This document shows positions 7,355 through 16,293 of a stretch of 64,000 nucleotides of DNA, piece by piece (within the stretch, counting starts at the first letter, position 1; the number at the start of each line of letters is the position of its first letter). The notes beneath the pieces were generated by a model. That model made no database searches. It was given only the letters and a program-made list of their open reading frames with translations, and had not been told where the DNA came from. The stretch covers positions 27,702-91,701 of the forward strand of contig CAMDBH010000003.1 in the NCBI GenBank assembly GCA_945889325.1, read 5' to 3'. The position numbers and the translations under genes are program-made. This DNA comes from Klebsiella pneumoniae. GTDB taxonomy: Bacteria; Myxococcota_A; UBA9042.

Positions 7355-9967
7355 ATGGCATGTAAAGCGGGTTCAACGGCGAAATTTGGGGCGTGCGCGG
7401 CGGTTTTTGCCCTCGCTTTGGCGCTCTATGGCTGCGGTGACGATCCAGTTGTGGCGGGCGACAACACAAAGGCCGATGCCTTACAAGACGACGCCATTTT
7501 GGACATTGCCCCAGCGCCAGACCAAGGCAACGCGCCCGATGCTGCGCCGATCGCCGATGCCGTCGACGCAGCGCAAGGTCTGGATAGTGTCCCAGACGAC
7601 GACATCGATGCGCTCACGCCCGATGACAATTTCGCCGGTGAACTCGACGATGCGGATCAAGACGTACCCGACGATGTCACGGCGACGGATGTCGAGTTGC
7701 CGCCCGACGTGATTGCCCCAGAAGATGTTCCAAGCGTTGAAGAGATTGCCCCGCCTGACGACGTGCTGAATCCCCAAGACTTGGTTGTGATTGAAGACGC
7801 GCCGCCGCCGCCGGACGCGCCGCCGCCACCGGACGCACCCCCGCCACCGGACGCGCCCCCGCCGCCGGACGCGCCCCCGCCGCCGGACGCGTCACCACCG
7901 CCGGACGTGGCGCCACCGCAGGACGCTCTGCCACCGCCGGATGCGTCACCACCGCTGGACGTGGCGCCACCGCAGGACGCGCCGCCCGCCGATGTTTCCG
8001 CTTTTGACGGCGGCGATCCCTGCGTGCTCGATCCGAACCAATGTTTTGACGGCAACCCCTGCACCAATGACAAATGCTTGCCCGGGGGCGTTTGCGAATG
8101 GACCCTCAAATCCGGTCCTTGCGACGACGGCAACCTTTGCACCAGCGGTGAGGCATGCCTTGGCTTGAAATGCGTCGGCGGAAAACCTGCTGACGCCGCA
8201 GTGGTTTGCAACGACAGCAATGCCTGCACAACGGACAGTTGTGACGCCGCCTTAAAAGCTTGCGTACATATCGCCGCCGACGGTCCTTGCGACGACGGAG
8301 CCGTGTGTACGGCTGGCGAAACGTGCAAGAACGCGGCTTGCGTGAGCAAAGCGCCCAATTCCGCTTGCGACGACGGCAAACCGTGCACCCAAGACCTGTG
8401 CGACGACAAAACCGGCGCGTGTAGCTGGATCGGCTTACTGGCCGCTTGCGACGATGGCAACGATTGTACCACCGGCGATACCTGCAAGAACGGCAATTGC
8501 GTCTCTGGGCCACCGACGGCCTGTAATGACGGTGATAGCTGCACAGCTGATACCTGCGACAAAATCAGCGGCAAGTGCACCGTGACACCCGTTGCGGGTG
8601 CAGCAGCGCTGCCATGCACGGATTCCTCGATCGGCGGCCGGTGCACCAAAGCCTTCAAAGTAAACGGAAATTGGCCACAAGCTGAAGCCGCTTGCGTGAC
8701 CTGGGGCGGCCACTTGGTGCGGATGGACACCGCGCAGGAAAACACCGATGTGCGCAACCTGGCCAACGGCGTTTGTGGCGTTAATGCGCAGACTTGGATG
8801 GGGGCCAACGATTTCGCGGTTGAAGGCAAATTTGTCTGGTCCGACGGCGGCGCAGTGGCGTTTAGCGCCTGGAATCAAGGCGAACCAAACAATTTCAATA
8901 CCGGCTGCCCGGAGGGCGAAGATGCCACCGAAATTATCGACGGCGCCCACTGGAATGACATCTGTTCGACAACCGTTTTAGGCTGCTACGTTTGTCAACG
9001 GCCGTCACCCAAGATCGCTTGCGGCGACGCCAACCTGTGTTTAAGCGGGGGCTTGTGCACAGCCGGCAAATGCACGGGTGCAAAATTCGGCTGTGATGAC
9101 GCCAATCCATGCACCGTCGACGCCTGCGCCAATGGCGCCTGCAAAGCGACCAACGCCCCGGACGGCGCAGCTTGCGGAGTGGGCGGCAAGTGTACGGCTG
9201 GCAAGTGTTCGCCCGGCTTTGACCTCAGTTCGCCCGGCAGCAGTTGTGCCATGGTTTTGGCGACATCGCCCACGGCGCCCAGCGGGATTTATTGGCTGGA
9301 TCCGGACGGACCCGGGCCGATCGCGCCGCTGCAGGCCCAGTGCGAAATGGTGTTGGGCGGCGGTGGTTGGACGTTGCTAGCGGTGCAATCCGATGACGCC
9401 CAGCCGACTTGGACGTGGAACGCGCGGGCCTTGTGGCGCACAGACGTCAAAGTGTTTGGCGCAGTCAATGCGTTGACCAAGGATTACAAGTCGAGTTTGC
9501 TCCATTCGCTGCCCGTCAAAGACATGCTTTTTGTGCACGCGCCGTCAGGCGTTTGGGCGCAATACAATGCAATGAACAATGGATTGCAGTCGCTTGCAGC
9601 AAAGATTGCCGCATTGCCAGAAAAAGTTTGCTACAAAGTAAAGGGCGACGGTTTTCCGATGACAGCGGGCACCCTGACCGTAGCTGGCAAGATGTGCGAC
9701 ACAAATTTGTACTTTAATCCTGCAGATCACGACGCCGATGCGGTCAAATGCGATACCGATACCGATCCCGAGGACACCGAAGGCCCCGCCTGGAATGTGA
9801 ACCGCCAAGACGGCTGCTTTGACGATCCGGGTTGGGGGGGCGGCCTAGGCAGCGTGGTTTCGCAACCGGCTGATGAGTATGCTAATATTGGATTTGGCTG
9901 GGCGCTTGATTTGAACAAAGGGGCCGTGGGGACTGGGGCCAATCGCATGGCTGTCTATGCCAGGTAG
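7355..9967 (+). CDS. Secreted lipoprotein with acidic tether, PPPPDA repeats, Dictyostelium-type Cys repeats (CxDGNxCTxDxC), a C-type lectin domain (EPN/WND) and a fibrinogen-like GGGWT domain
   Basis: The track ORF starts at 7232, but the internal ATG at 7355 gives MACKAGSTAKFGACAAVFALALALYGCGDD, a signal peptide with lipobox. CTLD signature: WMGANDFAVEGKFVWSDGG...WNQGEPNN...EDATEI...WNDICS...CYVCQ. Fibrinogen-like block: SGIYWLDPDG...AQCEMVLGGGGWTLL. Confidence 0.8.
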   Translation: MACKAGSTAKFGACAAVFALALALYGCGDDPVVAGDNTKADALQDDAILDIAPAPDQGNAPDAAPIADAVDAAQGLDSVPDDDIDALTPDDNFAGELDDADQDVPDDVTATDVELPPDVIAPEDVPSVEEIAPPDDVLNPQDLVVIEDAPPPPDAPPPPDAPPPPDAPPPPDAPPPPDASPPPDVAPPQDALPPPDASPPLDVAPPQDAPPADVSAFDGGDPCVLDPNQCFDGNPCTNDKCLPGGVCEWTLKSGPCDDGNLCTSGEACLGLKCVGGKPADAAVVCNDSNACTTDSCDAALKACVHIAADGPCDDGAVCTAGETCKNAACVSKAPNSACDDGKPCTQDLCDDKTGACSWIGLLAACDDGNDCTTGDTCKNGNCVSGPPTACNDGDSCTADTCDKISGKCTVTPVAGAAALPCTDSSIGGRCTKAFKVNGNWPQAEAACVTWGGHLVRMDTAQENTDVRNLANGVCGVNAQTWMGANDFAVEGKFVWSDGGAVAFSAWNQGEPNNFNTGCPEGEDATEIIDGAHWNDICSTTVLGCYVCQRPSPKIACGDANLCLSGGLCTAGKCTGAKFGCDDANPCTVDACANGACKATNAPDGAACGVGGKCTAGKCSPGFDLSSPGSSCAMVLATSPTAPSGIYWLDPDGPGPIAPLQAQCEMVLGGGGWTLLAVQSDDAQPTWTWNARALWRTDVKVFGAVNALTKDYKSSLLHSLPVKDMLFVHAPSGVWAQYNAMNNGLQSLAAKIAALPEKVCYKVKGDGFPMTAGTLTVAGKMCDTNLYFNPADHDADAVKCDTDTDPEDTEGPAWNVNRQDGCFDDPGWGGGLGSVVSQPADEYANIGFGWALDLNKGAVGTGANRMAVYAR
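7797..7994 (+). repeat. About 11 tandem 18-bp units encoding (A/S/V)PPP(P/Q)D(A/V) inside the lectin gene
   Basis: Direct reading shows GCGCCGCCGCCGCCGGAC and variants repeated head to tail. Protein: PPPPDAPPPPDAPPPPDAPPPPDAPPPPDASPPPDVAPPQDALPPPDASPPLDVAPPQDAPPAD. Confidence 0.85.
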
Positions 9968-9991
9968 CCCACCCGGCGGGTTTTGCCCTGA

Positions 9992-10025
9992 CAGCGTGTG
10001 AAAAAACCTTTTCACAGCCTCTGAG
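9992..10025. repeat. REP-like palindromic hairpin, copy A (TGTGA-N10-TCACA core)
   Basis: CAGCGTGTGAAAAAACCTTTTCACAGCCTCTGAG lies about 25 nt after the lectin gene stop. It matches the copies at 17629 (reverse complement) and 42163 very closely. Confidence 0.6.
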
Positions 10026-10240
10026 TCTGCTTCAATTACCCATTGAAATTCAAGCTCAAATAGCGCGCGGCGCGGCGCGGAATTTGACCCTCGCTGCGCT
10101 GGACCGGCTGTTGTGAACGCCGGTTTGAAAGCGCGACAAGTTGCTGATTGGCGCCTTTGTGGTGGCGTCTACACCAAGTCTGAACGATCGGATTGAAGGG
10201 GAGAAAGTCGAATATTTCAGCCTGAGGTGGCGGGAGCCCG

Positions 10241-11539
10241 CTACTTGCCGCCTGCAGAGACATACGCGGAATCCCAGCGTTTTGCCAAGGTCTTTGCTGA
10301 AGTCTTGATCCAAGCGCGGATCGCGTCTTTTTGTACGCCTTGCCATGCCGCGCGGTGCAAGTCGGCCAAAACACTTGCTTGCACTTGTAGGACGCCTTGG
10401 CGCTCTTTGCCGTGAAGATCCAGCACATCTAATGACTTGCGCTGCAAACGGTCGCGAGCCAGAAAAGTCTTGCCTTGCAGCGTCACCAACGCCAGTGCGT
10501 CCTGTCCAGCGTAGCCCCACATCGCGGATTGCAGTTGGGACAGCCGCGAGGCGCCAGTCAGTGTTTTGGCGTGAATCCCTTGCTCCGTACCGGGTTGCGC
10601 CGTCTGTTTCAGTTCGACAATGGTCTGTGTACCGCCTTTTTGCAACAAGAGCCAATAGCGATCCAAGCCACCGCTGCCGCCGCTTTTGCGGTCGATTTCA
10701 ACCACGTCGAGCACGCTCCAGCCCTGCAACCAAGAAACGTTGGCCACGGTTGCCGTGGCGGCGCTGCGGTTGGCTGACGATGTCGCGCGCAAGTCTTCAA
10801 TCAAATAGAATTTTTTGCCAGAACTGTATTGTTCCAAGCCTTTGGCGCGCACTTGGTCCCAATCCGGTGCCCAATCCTTGTCCAACGTCACGCCGCGGCT
10901 GGGATCTTTGAGGGCATCGACGTACGTTTCAAGCACTGCGTCGGTCAAATCGCCGTCATCAAAGAACAAACGAAGTGCGGCGAAGTAACGCGCGGCGTCG
11001 TAGGCCACAGGACAATAGCCAGCGTCATCCAAGTCGTTGTAAATAAATCGTGTTTTTCCACCCAGTCGCTGGAAGCCGAAATTGCTCGGGTGCGCATCGC
11101 CCACGCAAAGGGTCTGGCGACCGAGTTGGCGGCTGGCAGGCACCGTTTTGAGATCCTTGTGGAAACCACCGGGAAAAGCGCGGAAGAACATCATCGACTT
11201 CTGCAACGATGCCTGCCACTTGTCGGCCCAGTCGGCTGGGGACAGCGTGTGCGTGGCGTGCAAGAACGCCTCGCTCGGCACGCTGCTCCAATCGTCGGCC
11301 GTGAGTGGCGCGGCGGTGGTAACCAAGGGACCTGCGGTCAAATCATCAGTTGCAGCAGCCACTTCGCTACCATCCGTGGCCGCAGCCTCGCCGCTATTTT
11401 CGATCGCAGTTGCACACGCGCTGAGCAGGATCAGGCCGAATACGGGCAGAAGCCAGCTTTTGCGCCAATGAGTCTGCAGTTGGGTGCCACCGAACAGGTC
11501 TACTTTCATGCGGATGAGGATCGCAAGTTGAACCCGCAT
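10241..11539 (-). CDS. DUF2252-family lipoprotein
   Basis: CVGDAHPSNFGF and YNDLDDAGYCPVAYDAARY blocks are typical of DUF2252. The signal peptide ends at LLSAC (lipobox). The start is uncertain: TTG 11545, ATG 11539 or ATG 11509, none with a strong RBS. Confidence 0.65.
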   Translation of the reverse strand: MRVQLAILIRMKVDLFGGTQLQTHWRKSWLLPVFGLILLSACATAIENSGEAAATDGSEVAAATDDLTAGPLVTTAAPLTADDWSSVPSEAFLHATHTLSPADWADKWQASLQKSMMFFRAFPGGFHKDLKTVPASRQLGRQTLCVGDAHPSNFGFQRLGGKTRFIYNDLDDAGYCPVAYDAARYFAALRLFFDDGDLTDAVLETYVDALKDPSRGVTLDKDWAPDWDQVRAKGLEQYSSGKKFYLIEDLRATSSANRSAATATVANVSWLQGWSVLDVVEIDRKSGGSGGLDRYWLLLQKGGTQTIVELKQTAQPGTEQGIHAKTLTGASRLSQLQSAMWGYAGQDALALVTLQGKTFLARDRLQRKSLDVLDLHGKERQGVLQVQASVLADLHRAAWQGVQKDAIRAWIKTSAKTLAKRWDSAYVSAGGK

Positions 11540-11751
11540 TGTCAACTTGTTTTGCGCTTACCGCAGCCTAGATCGGCCCCTCATGCCACCACGTTGAAAA
11601 AGTTGATTTGATGCACGGCGGTTACCTTGTGCCGGCCGTCAATTCGCGCCATGCACAAATTCGCAGCACCCGAAACTTGCTGTTTTTAAAGTAAAAAACG
11701 TGATCGTCGCCCGCGGCCGACTTAGCCGTGACGACGAAGTCTGCTGAATTC

Positions 11752-11908
11752 GGGCCTGTCTAACAATAAGTCATCGACACCGAGGGCGTCGATGGCGAGC
11801 CGATTTGCAGGCGGAATGAGGGAAGATATTGGAATCTCTGACCGATTGACAACGGACAAATCGGCCGTCAGCGGCGACCGAATGTATGACTTATTGTTAG
11901 GCAGGCCC
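11752..11908 (-). mobile_element. 157-bp MITE-like / structured element, copy 1 (22-bp terminal inverted repeats)
   Basis: Ends are GGGCCTGTCTAACAATAAGTCAT...ATGACTTATTGTTAGGCAGGCCC. The reverse complement matches 26248..26403 with only 4 differences, all in one arm. It lies 24 nt downstream of the stop of the 11933..15346 gene. Confidence 0.75.
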
Positions 11909-11932
11909 TTAGGGCAAAACCGTAGCGGAGCG

Positions 11933-14900
11933 TCACAGAGAGACCCAAACCGCCCCAGCCACGCCCGTCGTATTCTTACTGGCCGCAGGATTGGCAAACC
12001 CAGGAATAACAAGGCCTCCCGCACCACCGCCACCGCCACCACAACCGCCAACCGTCACACCATTGCCGCCATTGGCGCCGCCGGTACCGCCGCAATTGCT
12101 GTCATAACCAGAAGTTCCCCAATGCCCAGCCCCACCGGCGCCAAAACCACCGCCGGTGCCCGCAGGCTGATTGGAACCGGGCGAAGGTGTGCCCGCTACG
12201 CCAGCGTTGGCGCCCATCGGCACGGCCGAACCCACACCGCCGCCATCGGGCGAATTGGTGTAACCCGCGCCGCCGCCAGAGCCGCCGTTGCCGCCTTTGG
12301 CGCTCGGCTGGCCGCTGCCGGCCGTATGCGGCTGTCCCGGCAGACCGCCGTTGACCACCGTAGTGCCGAATTTGCTCGCGCCGCCGCCGGTCGAAATCAA
12401 GCCACCCGCACCGACTTCAATCGTCAACTGCGCACCTGCCTGCACGGCAATGGCTTTTTGCAAAATGTAGTAACCCGAGCCGCCGCCGCCGCCCGGATAA
12501 TAAAATCCAGTGCCGCCTCCCGCGCCACCGCCTATCATCGTGACAGTCAAGCTGTTTGTCGCGCCAGGGACCGTGAACGTGTCGGTGCCGGCAACGCTCC
12601 ACACGCAGCCGTTGCCCAACGGCGTGCCCTTGCCACAAGCCAGTGCAGTTAGTAAGCAATCCGCCGAACAGCCCGAAGCTGGCACGCCGTTTTTGTTGCC
12701 CAAATCGCATTGTTCCGGTGCCTCGACGCTGCCGTTGCCGCATACTTGCTTGACGATGCATTTGCCCGCCATGCACCAGTTCAAACCGCCGCAGTCGGTC
12801 TTATCGACTACATTATTGGGAACACAGCCTTTTATGCCATCGCAGGTGTCCAGCGTGCACGGGTTGCCATCGTCGCAAACGGTGACCTTCTTGACGCAAT
12901 TGAGGTTTTTGCACACCTCATTGCTGGTACAAGTGTCATTGTCGGGGCACAGCAGCACGTTGGGCGTCTGTACACAACCGGCTGATTTATCGCAGCTATC
13001 GTCGCTACAAATGTTGCCGTCGTCGCAGTTGACCGCTGGGCCGCCGCACACGCTGTTTTTGCAAGCGTCGTTTTGCGTGCACGCGTTGCTGTCGTCGCAT
13101 TTGCCCGCGTTGCCGGTGTTGATGCAGCCCTTCTTGGCATCGCAGGCGTCGTCGGTGCAAACATTGTTGTCATTGCAACTCACAGCGCTGCCTTCACAAT
13201 CGCCGAATTTGCAAATGTCGCTTTTGGTACACGCATTGCCGTCGTCGCAGCCTTTGCTGTTAAAAGTCGGATTGCAACCTTTGATTTTGTCGCATAAATC
13301 GTCAGTACACACGTTGTTGTCATTGCAATCTTTGGCCAAACCGCCGCTGCAAAAGCCGTTGGCGCAGGCGTCGCCCAACGTGCAGACATTGCCGTCGTCG
13401 CAAGGGGTGGCGTTCATGGCTGCGGCGTCAAAAAAGCAAGCGCCCGTGGTTTTGTTGCAGGTATCTGCCGTGCACAACACGTTGTCCGCGCACACTTTTG
13501 CCGCGCCCGAAACGCACAAGCTGTCCTTGCAATTGTCGCTTTGCGTACACGCGTCGCCGTCGCTGCACGGCACGGCATTGGCGAGGTGGGTGCAGCCGTT
13601 CTTGCCATCGCAGCTGTCATCGGTACACGGGTTGCTGTCGTCGCAGTTGACGGTTTTTCCTTGGCAGATTGCGTCGTTGCAGCCGTCGTTCTGCGTGCAC
13701 GCGTCGCCGTCGTTGCACGGAGCGCCCGCGGCTTTGTTCTTGTAGTCGCACTTGCCGTTGACCAAGCTGCAAGCGCCGACTACGCAAGTGACACCAGCGT
13801 CACAGGTTTTTGCCGCGCCTTTGGCGCATGCGCCGGCGTTGCACAAGTCTCCGATCGTACATGGGTTGTCGTCGTCGCAGGCAATGCCGTCCAAATTCGT
13901 GGTCTTGCAGCCCAATACCGCGTCGCAGGCATTGCCCGTACACGGATTGTTGTCGTCGCAACTGACAATTTTCCCAATACATTCGCCGCTTTTGCACACA
14001 TCCGTTTGCGTGCAGACCGTGCCGTCATCGCAAGGCACACCGTCCTGCGCCGATTTGCCGACGCATTTACCGCTGCTGTTGTCGCAACTGGCCTTGGCGC
14101 ATGGGTTTGTGTTGTCGCAGTCCACCATTTTGCCGGCCGTGCAAGTGCTGCCGACGCAATGGTCCGCAGAAGTACAAGCATTTCCGTCGGCGTCACAGGC
14201 TTTGCCGTCATCGGCGGTTTTGGTGCAGCCGCTCGCTGGGTCGCAGGCGTCGGTTGTACAAGGGTTGCCGTCGTCGCAGATCTTGCCTGCACCGGGCACG
14301 CAACTGCCCTGTTTACACTGATCATTTTCAGTACACGCGTTCTTGTCCGCGTCGCAAGGCACGTTGTTGAGCTTGTTGTACTGACAACCTTGCTGCGGAT
14401 CACAACTGCCGACGTTGCAGGTCCCGCCAGCATCGCAGGTGGATTCATCGGTTAAGCCGTCGCAATCGTTGTCCTTGCCGTCGCAAACTTCCACATCGAG
14501 CGCGGGCGCTGCGCACGTCGTCAGCCCGCTGCTGCCGCACGCGCGCACGCCAGCGCACTTGCCCACGAGTTCGCCCTTGTCATTCTTGTGCTCAATAAAA
14601 CAGTTGGTTTGCGCCTTTTGCGCCACCGCCAATTCGCTGCAAGTGCATTCACCGTATTTCAATTCGGGCGCGGTTGAGGTTTTCACGCACTGTTTGACCG
14701 GCGCCCCTTCCACTGAATTTACGCTTTGACATCCATAACCTGCCGCGCAATCGCCGTCGATCGCACACGCTGTCCCGCAAAAATTGCCCTGACCGGCTTC
14801 ATGGACGCAGGCCGCATCGCCGATGCCAAGCGATTGGCAATCCTTTGATTTCACGCAAGGATCGCACAAATGCATGTATTTGGGCACGCAAATCGTGACG

Positions 14901-15346
14901 GAATCGCCGCTACCTGAATTGATCAACGTGCACTTGAAGCCATCGGCGCACTTGTCGACGCAAGGCGTCGCGCAGACTTTACCGCTGCCTGAAGCATTGC
15001 CGCCGGTTTCAATGCATTGGGCGTTGTCGCAATCGCCATTTTCCTTGCAACTACAGCCAGGTGCGCCGGGGCATTTCTGGGCCCCATCCGCGCCAGCCGC
15101 GTCGACCGGCGCGACAGCATCGGCGCCAGTTGCGTCTGCCACGTCCGCTTGCGGCGCCGCAATATCTGCGGAATCTGCTTTGTTCGCATCGAGTTGAGCG
15201 ACTTCCTCCACGGCGCTATCGCCCAACGCATCGGTGCCTGCGTTGGCTGCAATGGGGCCAGAACAAGCGCCGATTGTGCAAAGGGCCCACATAATCGCAA
15301 GGGAAATCAAGATTCTTGCGGGGGTTCGGTCTGCGAAAAAAGCCAT
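11933..15346 (-). CDS. Large secreted lipoprotein with acidic tether, about 25 Dictyostelium-type Cys repeats, one Myxococcus Cys-rich repeat and a C-terminal glycine-rich domain
   Basis: The internal ATG at 15346 (AAGGAC RBS) gives MAFFADRTPARILISLAIMWALCTIGACSG (lipobox). CDDGNPCTxDxCDxxxGC units recur. CGNGSVEAPEQCDLGNKNGVPASGCSADC matches the myxo disulfide repeat pattern. C-terminus: GGGAGGGTGFYYPGGGGGSGYY...IEVGAGG...GGNGGSGGGAGY. Confidence 0.8.
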   Translation of the reverse strand: MAFFADRTPARILISLAIMWALCTIGACSGPIAANAGTDALGDSAVEEVAQLDANKADSADIAAPQADVADATGADAVAPVDAAGADGAQKCPGAPGCSCKENGDCDNAQCIETGGNASGSGKVCATPCVDKCADGFKCTLINSGSGDSVTICVPKYMHLCDPCVKSKDCQSLGIGDAACVHEAGQGNFCGTACAIDGDCAAGYGCQSVNSVEGAPVKQCVKTSTAPELKYGECTCSELAVAQKAQTNCFIEHKNDKGELVGKCAGVRACGSSGLTTCAAPALDVEVCDGKDNDCDGLTDESTCDAGGTCNVGSCDPQQGCQYNKLNNVPCDADKNACTENDQCKQGSCVPGAGKICDDGNPCTTDACDPASGCTKTADDGKACDADGNACTSADHCVGSTCTAGKMVDCDNTNPCAKASCDNSSGKCVGKSAQDGVPCDDGTVCTQTDVCKSGECIGKIVSCDDNNPCTGNACDAVLGCKTTNLDGIACDDDNPCTIGDLCNAGACAKGAAKTCDAGVTCVVGACSLVNGKCDYKNKAAGAPCNDGDACTQNDGCNDAICQGKTVNCDDSNPCTDDSCDGKNGCTHLANAVPCSDGDACTQSDNCKDSLCVSGAAKVCADNVLCTADTCNKTTGACFFDAAAMNATPCDDGNVCTLGDACANGFCSGGLAKDCNDNNVCTDDLCDKIKGCNPTFNSKGCDDGNACTKSDICKFGDCEGSAVSCNDNNVCTDDACDAKKGCINTGNAGKCDDSNACTQNDACKNSVCGGPAVNCDDGNICSDDSCDKSAGCVQTPNVLLCPDNDTCTSNEVCKNLNCVKKVTVCDDGNPCTLDTCDGIKGCVPNNVVDKTDCGGLNWCMAGKCIVKQVCGNGSVEAPEQCDLGNKNGVPASGCSADCLLTALACGKGTPLGNGCVWSVAGTDTFTVPGATNSLTVTMIGGGAGGGTGFYYPGGGGGSGYYILQKAIAVQAGAQLTIEVGAGGLISTGGGASKFGTTVVNGGLPGQPHTAGSGQPSAKGGNGGSGGGAGYTNSPDGGGVGSAVPMGANAGVAGTPSPGSNQPAGTGGGFGAGGAGHWGTSGYDSNCGGTGGANGGNGVTVGGCGGGGGGAGGLVIPGFANPAASKNTTGVAGAVWVSL

Positions 15347-15435
15347 GGTTGTCCTTGCAAAAGTGCAGGACAGCTTGGCGTTTCTCGGTGTCCAACGCAA
15401 GCGTGCAGCGCCTAGTTCATGGCCCAGTCACGCTT

Positions 15436-16293
15436 CTAAACCGGCAACCCAACCATTTCCGCGCTTTTTGTCCAAACTTCTTCAGCCAAAGCCTCGTCGC
15501 CGGCCAGCTTAGACGGCGTGCGCGTTGCGCTTTTGTCGTAATACAACCCGGTTTCGGCCGCAGCTTGGGCTGAAGTCGCGCAATGCAAGGTTGTCAGCGC
15601 GCCTTGCTCGTTGGTGATCATGAAACGCAGGGCAATCCAGCGGAAAGGTTGCGGAATCTTGCGCCAAATATCGGACGCGACCACGCCGGGATGCAGGGCG
15701 TACGTCGTCACACCGCTGCCAGCCAAGCGTTTGGCCAGCGCCTTGGCCAATAAAACGTTGCATAATTTGGAGTTGGCGTATTCGTCCATGCTGGTGGTGG
15801 AGATGGTCTTGCTTCTCACATCGCCCCACGGGATGCCTTTGCTTTGGTAGTGCGCGCGGCTGGCAACGCAAACAATGCGTGCAGGCGCGCTGGCTTGCAC
15901 GCGATCGAGCAACAACCGCGTCAGCAAATACGGGCCCAAATGGTTGGTGCCCCAAACGAGTTCAAAACCGTCGGTGGTTAAACCGCGCGTGCCTGCCATG
16001 CCGCCGTTGTTGATGAGCAAATGCAGCGGTTCGCCGCTGGCCAAAAAGGTTTCCGCGGCCTTGCGCACCGACGCAAAACTGCCCAAATCCAGCGGCAAAA
16101 ACACCAAATCCGCTGTGGGTACATCGGCTTTGATGCTGGCAATCGCGGCATCGGCTTTGTCTTTGGAACGGCAGGCCAGCCAGACGCGGGCGCCCGCGCG
16201 GGCCAATTCACGGGCGGTGACCAGGCCGATGCCGGTGTTGGCTCCCGTAACTAAAGCGGTTTTTCCCGTAAGGTTGGCTGCGACGGCTGACAT
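15436..16293 (-). CDS. Short-chain dehydrogenase/reductase (retinol dehydrogenase-like SDR)
   Basis: TALVTGANTGIGLVTARELARAGARV is a TGxxxGIG Rossmann motif. NNGG and YxxSK (YANSKLCNV) catalytic motifs are present. Confidence 0.85.
   Translation of the reverse strand: MSAVAANLTGKTALVTGANTGIGLVTARELARAGARVWLACRSKDKADAAIASIKADVPTADLVFLPLDLGSFASVRKAAETFLASGEPLHLLINNGGMAGTRGLTTDGFELVWGTNHLGPYLLTRLLLDRVQASAPARIVCVASRAHYQSKGIPWGDVRSKTISTTSMDEYANSKLCNVLLAKALAKRLAGSGVTTYALHPGVVASDIWRKIPQPFRWIALRFMITNEQGALTTLHCATSAQAAAETGLYYDKSATRTPSKLAGDEALAEEVWTKSAEMVGLPV

Noticed and set aside
7657-8829. 390-aa minus-strand ORF, and other antisense ORFs across 7400-9950.
   Set aside because: It is antisense to the lectin gene. 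Its composition (S/G/A/P runs such as GGGASGGGGAS) simply mirrors the PPPPDA and Cys repeats.
8630-9005. Diversity-generating retroelement target hypothesis, because a C-type lectin fold is present.
   Set aside because: There is no RT, no template/variable repeat pair and no adenine-specific mismatch pattern in the window. The domain is a canonical EPN/WND animal-type CTLD, not the DGR Mtd/TvpA-type CLec fold terminus.
11752-11908. Retron msr/msd ncRNA hypothesis for the 157-bp element (terminal inverted repeats like a1/a2, myxobacterial context).
   Set aside because: No reverse transcriptase gene is adjacent to either copy. Both copies sit in 3'-UTR positions of unrelated genes, and two near-identical copies are more typical of a MITE/REP.
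11792-12652. ORFs 11792..12652 (+) and 25629..26363 (-) share the identical N-terminus MASRFAGGMREDIGISDRLTTDKSAVSGDRMY, which looked like a duplicated gene.
   Set aside because: The identity covers only the part lying inside the 157-bp repeat element. Beyond it the ORFs diverge completely and run antisense through real genes. The shared peptide is a by-product of the repeat.
12510-14455. 411-aa and 304-aa + strand ORFs (12510..13745 and 13541..14455).
   Set aside because: They are shadow ORFs opposite the 1138-aa Cys-repeat gene and have low-complexity S/L/Q/P or V/A composition.
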